Source of the DNA: Candidatus Kaiserbacteria bacterium
Lineage (GTDB): Bacteria > Patescibacteriota > Minisyncoccia > Phycocordibacterales > Phycocordibacteraceae
Direction: 5' to 3'
DNA length: 64,000 nucleotides
Assembly (NCBI GenBank): GCA_963699165.1
Contig: OY969413.1
Location: 468,562 to 532,561 of the forward strand
Shown here: positions 10,128 through 17,927 of the stretch, one piece after another
Layout of the letters: the number at the start of each line of letters is the position of its first letter
How positions within the stretch are numbered: position 1 is the first letter of the stretch
Made by a program: the position numbers and the translations under genes
The notes under the pieces: generated by a model
The model's input: the letters and a program-made list of their open reading frames with translations, nothing else
Told to the model about the DNA's origin: nothing
Database searches by the model: none

Positions 10128-10388
10128 ATGGCAAAGAAAGCATACCGTATTGCTCCTGAGATTAAGGAGCAGATTATCAACCGTATCAAAAACGATGGCA
10201 TCAGTGTCGCTGAGGCAGCGAAAGAACACGGAGTCAGTACCGTCACTATCTATGCTTGGCTTGGCACCTCTGCAAAAGGAGTGAGTATCATTGAGCACAA
10301 CAGAGTGAAGAAGGAGAACGGTCTCCTTAAAGCACTCATCGGAGAATTGACGTTTAAACTCTCAAACGGAGAAAAAAGGGGCTCTTGA
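10128..10388 (+). CDS. IS3 transposase OrfA (HTH)
   Basis: GISVAEAAKEHGVSTVTIYAW; A6G run at 10372-10378; stop overlaps OrfB start (TGATG). Confidence 0.88.
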   Translation: MAKKAYRIAPEIKEQIINRIKNDGISVAEAAKEHGVSTVTIYAWLGTSAKGVSIIEHNRVKKENGLLKALIGELTFKLSNGEKRGS

Positions 10389-11167
10389 TGAGAGAAAACA
10401 AGAGTGCTCTTGCACGCGAGAGCGGTATTGCTCGCAGTACGCTGTACTACGAGCCGAAGCAGGCTCGGAGGGATTGGCACACAAAGCAACTCATCGAAGA
10501 AGCTCTGCGTAGCCATCCCGCCTATGGGCACAAACGGTTGGCACTCTACCTCAAAGTCAACAAAAAGCGCATTCTGCGTGTGATGAAATTGTTCGGTATC
10601 AAACCATATCGGAGGACCGCAAAGAAGCGATTTGTGCTAAAGACAAAAGACAGTATATTCCCGAACTTCTTGCTCCATCAAACTCCCGAGCAGGACGGTG
10701 ACATCTGGGCGAGTGACTTCACCTACCTCAAGTACCACGGGTACTGGGTATACGTCGCTACCATCCTTGACGTCTATTCCCGAGAGATTGTCGGTGTGTC
10801 AGTCCTCACCACCCACAGCACGCAACTCATCATGAATGCACTTCTCTCTGCGCTACATCACAAATCGCCACCTCGTGTCATCCATTCGGATCAAGGCAGC
10901 GAGTATGCCTCAAAGGATTATGCGATGCTCGTGGCAACGATCGGCATACAGCAATCTATGTCTCGTCCTGGATGTCCCTGGGAGAATGGCTACCAAGAGT
11001 CCTTCTACAAAGGGTTCAAGATTGACCTGGGTGATCCGAACCGATTCGACACGTTAGGTGAATTAGTGGCTGAGATCTACCTCACCATCCACTATCACAA
11101 TACCGCTCGCATTCACTCAGCACTGCGTATGGCGCCAAGAGAGTTTGTTGCTCTGAGCAGAGCATAG
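10388..11167 (+). CDS. IS3 transposase OrfB (DDE)
   Basis: WASDFTYL, ILDVYSREIVG, HSDQGSEY, WENGYQESF; -1 frame relative to OrfA. Confidence 0.92.
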   Translation: MRENKSALARESGIARSTLYYEPKQARRDWHTKQLIEEALRSHPAYGHKRLALYLKVNKKRILRVMKLFGIKPYRRTAKKRFVLKTKDSIFPNFLLHQTPEQDGDIWASDFTYLKYHGYWVYVATILDVYSREIVGVSVLTTHSTQLIMNALLSALHHKSPPRVIHSDQGSEYASKDYAMLVATIGIQQSMSRPGCPWENGYQESFYKGFKIDLGDPNRFDTLGELVAEIYLTIHYHNTARIHSALRMAPREFVALSRA

Positions 11168-11225
11168 TATCCTATACTTATAGAATGAGTGTACGAAGAA
11201 AGGGGTACCTTCCATCGGAGAGGTT

Positions 11226-11993
11226 GTGAAGGAAATTCTTTTACGTAGAATTGAAAATTTTCCAGAGATAGGCGCGGAGATACGAAATGCACCATTCCAT
11301 AGTGCGTTTCTAGAATGTTTTAATGACCGATTAGGTTCATTGAATATTGAGACTCCCTACCTCGTAGCTATCGCGAGCTGGCTTCATGGCCTCAACACTT
11401 CTCTCGGTACTGGATTTGAGAATATTTCACATATTCTATCTGGTGGATATAAACGGAAATTTACTGATGCTTACCACCTTACAGTAAAAAGAGGTCAAGC
11501 TAATCATGTTGAAGAAATTATTCGAGATTTGAAGGCGGGTGTACATACACCTAATCTAGAACGAGAAAACGGGCTTGTTTTAAATTTCGATGCAAACGAT
11601 GGAGAAATAGATTCTTTACCATTTACTGTGGACACTTATATTGAGAGAGGAAATGAAATCATTGCCATTGAACTGAAATCGGTTAGACCTAACTCGGGCG
11701 AAGGTCGTGGAGAGAAGCAGAAGATACTTTATGGCAAGGCGGCTTTGAAGTTACAGAATCCAGATAAAGATATTCGCTTCTTAGTAGGATTTCCTTTTGA
11801 CCCCACATCTCCAACCCCTATTGGTTATGACAAAGCAAGATTCTTTGATTACTTGATTGAATTCAAAAAATTCTTCGCTGAGGACGAAGTGCTTATTGCC
11901 TCAGAATTTTGGGATTTCTTGAGTGGTAGCGAAAATACTATGGAGGAGATTCTTGATGTTATTGCAGAAACTGTCGCTCAGGTTAGAGGTTAG
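11226..11993 (+). CDS. TdeIII-like type II restriction endonuclease, probably 5'-clipped by the IS
   Basis: HGLNTSLG, VD...ELKSVRPN, GFPFDP, EFWDFLSG resemble the TdeIII family from memory; frame is open back to the IS end. Confidence 0.65.
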   Translation: MKEILLRRIENFPEIGAEIRNAPFHSAFLECFNDRLGSLNIETPYLVAIASWLHGLNTSLGTGFENISHILSGGYKRKFTDAYHLTVKRGQANHVEEIIRDLKAGVHTPNLERENGLVLNFDANDGEIDSLPFTVDTYIERGNEIIAIELKSVRPNSGEGRGEKQKILYGKAALKLQNPDKDIRFLVGFPFDPTSPTPIGYDKARFFDYLIEFKKFFAEDEVLIASEFWDFLSGSENTMEEILDVIAETVAQVRG

Positions 11994-12124
11994 TGTCGTC
12001 ATTGACAGATTCAGAAAACAATCCCGAACGCAAAAAATGTAACCTTTTCAGGATTGATTGTTGTCATAATTTTATCTTTTATTTATTGCAAATGTACCAT
12101 GTCTAATAATTTTGGGCCAACCCG

Positions 12125-12733
12125 CTAAAAAGATCCGGTTTGAATATCTCCCGCGCGCTCATAGTTAGCGATGATGACCCCTTTGGGTGAGACCTTGCTG
12201 TCTCTAAGTTTAAGGGCAGCCGGAATTGTACCTTCAGCGAAGAGGCGCTTGCCGGTGCCAAGCATGATTGGGAATATCTTAAGCCACAATTCATCAATCA
12301 AGTCATGTTTCAGAAGTGTTTGGATGAAATTACCGCTCCCGTGAACTTGGAGTTCCGGCCCGTCCTCTTCTTTGAGTTTTTTGATCGCTTTTGGGATGTC
12401 GCCGTTCAGTACCACCGTCTTTTCCCATGAGGGACTGAACGGCGCATCAGAAGCAACATACTTTGTCGCTTTATTAATTCCATTTCCAATAACGTTGCCT
12501 GCTTCATTATGGTCCGGCCAGTAGCTAGCGAAGATGTCGTAAGTCTTTTTTCCAAGGAGAAGGTCGAACGGGTGACCCATTTGTTCAAACATGACCTTGC
12601 CCCCAAACTCATCCATATACGGGACGGTCCAGCCGCCGTATTTGAAACCGCCTGACGTGTCTTCTTCCGGGCCCCCGGGCGCCTGCATCACGCCATCGAG
12701 TGTGATAAAAGATAGAACAATGAGTTTTCTCAT
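12125..12733 (-). CDS. Dihydrofolate reductase family / RibD C-terminal domain protein
   Basis: ITLDGVMQAPGG, LLLGKKTY, VHGSGNFIQTL, LIDEL, GTGKRLF. Confidence 0.9.
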   Translation of the reverse strand: MRKLIVLSFITLDGVMQAPGGPEEDTSGGFKYGGWTVPYMDEFGGKVMFEQMGHPFDLLLGKKTYDIFASYWPDHNEAGNVIGNGINKATKYVASDAPFSPSWEKTVVLNGDIPKAIKKLKEEDGPELQVHGSGNFIQTLLKHDLIDELWLKIFPIMLGTGKRLFAEGTIPAALKLRDSKVSPKGVIIANYERAGDIQTGSF

Positions 12734-12767
12734 AGGGTTATTTTACACCACCGAGTAAAAATACCCG

Positions 12768-12906
12768 AAAGTTCGGTGTCCCTTCGCCCTATCTAGCTTT
12801 TCTAAAATCGTGCTGCGTAATAATGGCTACAAACAAGGCTCTCGGGTCTGTCCGATACAAAAGTCTTCGGGCGGTGGCATGGGGATCCGAACTGTCAGCA
12901 TAGTAC
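12768..12906. repeat. 139-bp non-coding repeat, copy A, ending in a tRNA-3'-like fragment
   Basis: About 85% identical (21 mismatches by hand count) to 23133-23271. Confidence 0.85.
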
Positions 12907-13082
12907 CGATAAAAAGTACTGAGACATGGCTTAAAATATAAGTTTCCCTATAATCGAATATTCTAGAACTTTGGTTCGAATCCCCGACAGTTTTTTCCAA
13001 TGGGTAGTTTCATTCTCACAACAGAGTGATATGACAAACTCTCCCATCGTGGGAGAGTTTGTCCGTAGAGCTCAAAGAGAGA

Positions 13083-13856
13083 CTAGTTCGTCGTCGTGCT
13101 TTTCGGGGTGCCGAGGGACTTCAGTCCTTGGAGGATTGTTGTTATGTCAGCGCGAGCAGCCTTGAGATCGGAACTTGCGGTCTGGATATCGGCCTTCGCT
13201 GCAACGAGTGCTGCCTTGTTCGAGGCTGCAGTCGTCGTATTACCCTGGTCAGGAACGAGGCCGGATACGCCGCTCTGAGCTGATGCAGATTGCGTGTTTG
13301 CATCGGCGATCTTCGAATTCATATCGGTAAGGGCCGCAGTAAGCGCAGTCACATTGTCTCCTGCGGTTTGATCCGTAGTTATGCGTGCCTGTATCTTCGT
13401 ACCAAGTGTAGTCATGAGACCGGTAATGGTCGTAACACGATCAGCCGAAGCCAAGATCCATCCCTGCGGGATGACAAGTGCATAGATTCGGAATGTCGTG
13501 AATATTGTCGCCGCGTCGGTGCGAGCCGTGGCTGGTGTCGTGTCTGCATCGATCTTGGACTGCAATGCGGTCAATCCAGTTATATTAGTTTGGACTTGAG
13601 TCGAGATACTCGCCTTTTCCGTCGCCGATTCATTCGTCATTGCCTGGACACGAGTATTCAGCGCATTGAGCGACGTGATCCGCTGCGCGATATCGGAATT
13701 CGCCTTGGTAATGATCGCAGCGAGCCTTGTGGCGGAATTTGCGCCAGAGCCGGACGATGACGTCGCTGTTTGGGCATACGCCGGTGCTACGCTCAATAGC
13801 ATAGCTACGACAGCTGCTGCGCTGACAATCGAAACACCTATCTTTCTACTGTTCAT
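13083..13856 (-). CDS. Secreted alpha-helical Ala/Thr-rich hypothetical protein
   Basis: Signal peptide ending APAYA followed by amphipathic helices. Confidence 0.8.
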   Translation of the reverse strand: MNSRKIGVSIVSAAAVVAMLLSVAPAYAQTATSSSGSGANSATRLAAIITKANSDIAQRITSLNALNTRVQAMTNESATEKASISTQVQTNITGLTALQSKIDADTTPATARTDAATIFTTFRIYALVIPQGWILASADRVTTITGLMTTLGTKIQARITTDQTAGDNVTALTAALTDMNSKIADANTQSASAQSGVSGLVPDQGNTTTAASNKAALVAAKADIQTASSDLKAARADITTILQGLKSLGTPKSTTTN

Positions 13857-13909
13857 ATGTATGGTAATGCTAATATGATTCGTGATAATAATTGACCCTC
13901 TACATTCTT

Positions 13910-13936
13910 TAACGAATGAACTCCGAAAGTGTGACA
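13910..13936 (-). promoter_or_regulatory. Putative ECF-sigma promoter TGTCAC-N16-CGTTA
   Basis: Same motif and spacing as upstream of the ECF sigma gene. Confidence 0.65.
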
Positions 13937-13952
13937 CGAACTACTTTGTTCC

Positions 13953-14339
13953 CTACTGACTGTTTAGACCCGCATTCGTGCTCGCGGAGTCCGAATTAAG
14001 CCCCCCCAATTGCGCATCGATACTTTGTGCATCTTGTTGCAAGGAAGCATCAGATGCTGAAGCAGCTGTCACCGGAGCCGATCCGGAGTTTCCAGTTGGA
14101 CCTGCCGGATTGCTCGGCGCAGCACCTTGCGATGTGGCCGCCGGAGATCCAGTAGTGTCACTCGGACTCAGTGTTCCAGACGGAGTCACACCGGGACTTT
14201 GCTCTGCCGAAGGACCTGAACCGGTCGGTGTGGCATTCGATACAGTCGAAGAACTATTCATGCCCATATACCACCAAATGCCGGCGCCTATAATCACGAT
14301 TAATACCAAAGCGATGATCCACTTTACTGTGCTTGTCAT
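13953..14339 (-). CDS. Membrane-anchored Ser/Pro/Gly-rich hypothetical protein
   Basis: N-terminal TM helix followed by low-complexity sequence. Confidence 0.78.
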   Translation of the reverse strand: MTSTVKWIIALVLIVIIGAGIWWYMGMNSSSTVSNATPTGSGPSAEQSPGVTPSGTLSPSDTTGSPAATSQGAAPSNPAGPTGNSGSAPVTAASASDASLQQDAQSIDAQLGGLNSDSASTNAGLNSQ

Positions 14340-14430
14340 ATGTATTTCACGATACGTTAAGTTTTTAAAAGATTCCCGATTTGCAACCCCATCCTAGAAT
14401 TATACATTGAAACTTTCAGCGAATGGGCGT

Positions 14431-14937
14431 TCATTGCGTTTCTGACGTCGCCTGCTGTACCGCTTGGTCAGCCTGGGTTTCGTCCGAATCAAGGTCTCCG
14501 ATCTGGGTATCGATCATCTGTGCATCCAGGTTCAATGAAGAATCCGATTCATCATTCGCGAGGGCGACGTGCGCATTCGAAACAGCGCCATGCGGTATAA
14601 TCAGGATACCGCCTCCCAAAACCGAGCCGCTTCCGAGAAGTACGAGTGCCAAGATGGCAAGTGACACGCTTATCTTCGAGCGCAAGAAGGATGATCGTCC
14701 CATAGTGCTCGGAATCGGAGTCGATATCGTCGCGAGGGTGGATCGCAGAAGCTCTGGAGAAGGCTGCACCGCCTGAGCGGACTCGAACGATTTGATTGAT
14801 TCGAAAAATTCTCGCAACTCAGTAACATGCGTCGGGTGCAAGTCGATGATTTCCTGTTCAGGGACGCCTGCATCGAGCATGCGTAATGCGACTTCGAAAA
14901 TATCTTCTTTTGTGTTTATGTAGTGTTCTTTTTTCAT
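14431..14937 (-). CDS. Putative anti-sigma factor (single TM)
   Basis: Overlaps the sigma stop codon; cytoplasmic N-domain plus one TM helix. Confidence 0.6.
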   Translation of the reverse strand: MKKEHYINTKEDIFEVALRMLDAGVPEQEIIDLHPTHVTELREFFESIKSFESAQAVQPSPELLRSTLATISTPIPSTMGRSSFLRSKISVSLAILALVLLGSGSVLGGGILIIPHGAVSNAHVALANDESDSSLNLDAQMIDTQIGDLDSDETQADQAVQQATSETQ

Positions 14938-15503
14938 ATGGTACTTGATACAGACTCCTCTTTCATCATACTCCTGAGTATGCGCAGACCCCGAGATTGC
15001 AACTGCCGAACGGCGACCTCACTCTTCCCCAGTATGGTTGCAATTTCAGAGGACGAAAGCCCATCAATGAACCGCAGCACGAGTGCATCCTGCTGATCCT
15101 GTGGGAGCTTGGCAATCTTCTGCCTGAGCGACCTACCATCATCCTTCATTGCAGCCATGGCCTCGGCGTTCTCAGAATCATCCGGTATACCCTCGAAGAA
15201 TTCATCGTCTGCGCGCACCGTCTTTTTCTTACGATAATGATCGATGATGCAGTTGCGAGCGACCGTATAAAAGAACGCGAGCGGAGATTTCCCTGATGAG
15301 ACATACCTTGGAAATGACTCATACGCCTTGAGGAACGATTCCTGTGTCAGATCCGCAGCATCGGACTCATCGGAGACACGGAAGTATATATAGCGATACG
15401 GCGGCGTGAAATATGCCTCATACAGCACTGTAAAAGCCTCGGATTCACCGAGTCGCGCGCGACGAATCAGGTCCTCGACATTTTCCGGGTCGATTTTCTT
15501 CAT
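14934..15503 (-). CDS. ECF RNA polymerase sigma-70 factor
   Basis: DAADLTQESFLKAY, FFYTVARNCIIDHYR, LRFIDGLSSSEIATILGKSEVAVRQLQSRG. Confidence 0.93.
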   Translation of the reverse strand: MKKIDPENVEDLIRRARLGESEAFTVLYEAYFTPPYRYIYFRVSDESDAADLTQESFLKAYESFPRYVSSGKSPLAFFYTVARNCIIDHYRKKKTVRADDEFFEGIPDDSENAEAMAAMKDDGRSLRQKIAKLPQDQQDALVLRFIDGLSSSEIATILGKSEVAVRQLQSRGLRILRSMMKEESVSSTI

Positions 15504-15515
15504 GGTCTATGAGTA

Positions 15516-15542
15516 TAACGGAATACCGGGAATTTTGTGACA
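15516..15542 (-). promoter_or_regulatory. Putative autoregulatory ECF promoter TGTCAC-N16-CGTTA
   Basis: 12 nt upstream of the sigma ATG; motif recurs at 13910-13936. Confidence 0.65.
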
Positions 15543-15712
15543 ATCGCGATTAATAGCACATTTGAGAGCACCCTTACGATGTCTGATGTCCATAAAAGCG
15601 CTACAAACTCAAATGGCTCAAATCCCTGAGCGGTCTCTAGATTTTCCCGAGAAGCGTGATATAACCGGTGCTTAAAATATGGCTCGGCATAGCACCGATA
15701 AAAACTACTACG

Positions 15713-15915
15713 GGCGGTGTGTATTGAACGAAGTTCGAATGTATTTTGAATTGAATCCTGATGACCAATGATGCGCGCCTCGGACACGCTCGCGGACTCG
15801 CGTGTGCAAAAACCAAAAAATTTCCTTACATTTTTCCCGCGCCTCCTCCCCCCACCCCTCCGCCGCGAAGCGGAAAAAGAAATGGAAAGGAAATTTTTGG
15901 TTTTGCTTCGCCGTT
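15713..15915. repeat. 203-bp arm, perfect inverted repeat of 17589-17791
   Basis: Direct reverse-complement comparison. Confidence 0.92.
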
Positions 15916-16122
15916 TCAGTCTCCGAAAAGAGCAATCTTATTTTAACATTTTTGTTTGCTCTTTTCTCCACCCTCACGGCGACCGAGGCGCTTCCTCTCC
16001 GCGTTTAGTGGTAGCTCTAGGGTTCGTGGCTTCGTTCGCTGGTCGTGGTAACTCATAAAGCGGATTGTGCATGGCACAAACAAATCTGTTTGTGCTTGCC
16101 CCGCCCGCCCTGTGCGCGCACA

Positions 16123-16165
16123 AATCCCCGCCGTTTTTAGGAGATATTATAAAACGGCGGGGATT
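16123..16165. terminator. Hairpin downstream of the Fic gene
   Basis: aatccccgccgtttt...aaaacggcggggatt. Confidence 0.6.
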
Positions 16166-16171
16166 GCTCCC

Positions 16172-17275
16172 TTACTTGCGAAAAACACTTTTGATAGCAA
16201 CATCTTCTCCTTCCTTAGTTTTCATTTTGTGATTTTCTGGATTCGCAAAAATATCAATCATGCTTTCAATAAACTTCGTTTTTACTTCTTTGTGAATTTC
16301 AATCAATCGGCGGGCGTCGTCTTCGGTAAGATTAGGCATAAGTTCTTCGGCATCAATCCCAGCAATTTTTTTGCCAACATCTTCGGGCACGACGCCCCGC
16401 CTTTCATCAAGTGGTTGTTTTACCTGATATTGATATTTTTGCAAATCAGTTTTTTCACTAAGAAATTTTGAAAGCACAATACCTCTAAAAGAAAAATTAT
16501 TTACATCGCCTTCGCCGAGGACTTTCTCGGCTAAAGTTGCTTCTTCGGGCGATAATTTTCCTTTTACGGCTTCCGACAAAAAACCAACACCAGAAGCGGA
16601 GGCAACATATATACTTCCATTTTCTTGAAGAAAATTATCGCCTAAAATTTCTTTGGCGACTTCACGATTTATGTAATAGTACGCACTATTAGCGTCCAAG
16701 ACTTTCTCCGCGAAAACATCTCGTCCTTTTCCAGTTCCACCATGACCCTCTTTGTCGTGATCTAAAAGTTCAGAAAGTTTTTCCTCTGTAAGTTCCTTGC
16801 CGTCCTCGGAAATTATTTCGTGAAGTAATCTTCCTGTTCTTCCGTTTCCGTCAGAATATGGATGTATGGCTTGAAGTGCGTAGTAAGTTAAAAGCGCGCG
16901 GTCTTCGTTATCTGGTATTTGTTTGAGTGCATCAAAACTTTCTCTCATCAAGCCGTCTTTCTGCTCGGCCGCTGGTGGGAGATATGAAATATCTCCCATA
17001 ATGCCAAAAGAAACTTCAACACCACTTCCGTCTACCGCACGCTTCTTTATCGGTACTTCGCGCAAGATTCCATTTAAACGAGTGAGATAATTTGTATAGT
17101 CTTCGTAAGAAAGTTTTTGAAGCCACTCATCAAACTGCTCGTCAGATTTTCTAACATCCAAAAATTTTGTGCGGTCCAAAAACTCAAAAACTTTCTTACC
17201 AGTTTCAAGTTTTTCCTCCACGGGTTCTTGTTTTTCTTGACGAGGAGTAGGTTGTGGGAATGATTCCATGCTCAT
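16172..17275 (-). CDS. Fic family protein
   Basis: HPYSDGNGRTGR Fic motif. Confidence 0.9.
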   Translation of the reverse strand: MSMESFPQPTPRQEKQEPVEEKLETGKKVFEFLDRTKFLDVRKSDEQFDEWLQKLSYEDYTNYLTRLNGILREVPIKKRAVDGSGVEVSFGIMGDISYLPPAAEQKDGLMRESFDALKQIPDNEDRALLTYYALQAIHPYSDGNGRTGRLLHEIISEDGKELTEEKLSELLDHDKEGHGGTGKGRDVFAEKVLDANSAYYYINREVAKEILGDNFLQENGSIYVASASGVGFLSEAVKGKLSPEEATLAEKVLGEGDVNNFSFRGIVLSKFLSEKTDLQKYQYQVKQPLDERRGVVPEDVGKKIAGIDAEELMPNLTEDDARRLIEIHKEVKTKFIESMIDIFANPENHKMKTKEGEDVAIKSVFRK

Positions 17276-17300
17276 AAATGTATTTTATCAGTTTTAATAA

Positions 17301-17507
17301 TTATTTCAAAAGTTCATCGCTCGCAACTCCTAACGCTTGAGCGATTTTTTCAATAGTAGAAAGTGTCGGGTTGCCCTTGCCAGCCTCGATATTACTCATT
17401 TGAGCGCGATCAAATCCGAGAGCACGACAAATGTCGCCTTGCGACATTTTCTTCCGCTCCCGTATGCGTTTGATGTTTTTTCCAAGCTTTATTGACGAAG
17501 TTTTCAT
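17301..17507 (-). CDS. XRE-family HTH regulator
   Basis: LGKNIKRIRERKKMSQGDI...MSNIEAGKGNPTLSTIEKIAQALGV. Confidence 0.92.
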   Translation of the reverse strand: MKTSSIKLGKNIKRIRERKKMSQGDICRALGFDRAQMSNIEAGKGNPTLSTIEKIAQALGVASDELLK

Positions 17508-17588
17508 ATTCACAGCTTGTATTCTAGCAGTTTGTTGTGTCCTATATCAATAATGTGATATATTACAATAGATGATGAATGATTTTAT

Positions 17589-17906
17589 AACGGCGAAGCA
17601 AAACCAAAAATTTCCTTTCCATTTCTTTTTCCGCTTCGCGGCGGAGGGGTGGGGGGAGGAGGCGCGGGAAAAATGTAAGGAAATTTTTTGGTTTTTGCAC
17701 ACGCGAGTCCGCGAGCGTGTCCGAGGCGCGCATCATTGGTCATCAGGATTCAATTCAAAATACATTCGAACTTCGTTCAATACACACCGCCAAAATTCGG
17801 AATCAGAAGAAACGGACAAAGCGGGGTCGCGCCGAAGGCGCGACACTAATGCATTCCCCCCGCCGAATCCAGAATCCAAAAGGGTTTTCCACGCTCCGCG
17901 TGGCTC
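17589..17906 (-). repeat. Internal inverted copy of the reconstituted attP (318 bp)
   Basis: 17589-17791 is the reverse complement of 15713-15915; 17787-17906 is the reverse complement of 19311-19430; the arms overlap at CCGCC. Confidence 0.88.
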
Positions 17907-17927
17907 GTCGTTTGCCAATACAATTCT

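Larger units (their letters stand above)
10065..11214 (+). mobile_element. IS3-family insertion sequence
   Basis: 34-bp imperfect IRs TGCAAGGTACCCCAAACGTCGGACACTCATTCTA / TGGAAGGTACCCCTTTCTTCGTACACTCATTCTA, TG...CA ends; no target duplication seen. Confidence 0.92.

Noticed and set aside
12971-12990. GGTTCGAATCCC as part of a tRNA gene (similar motif near 19507)
   Set aside because: Only a T-loop-like motif; no cloverleaf can be built.
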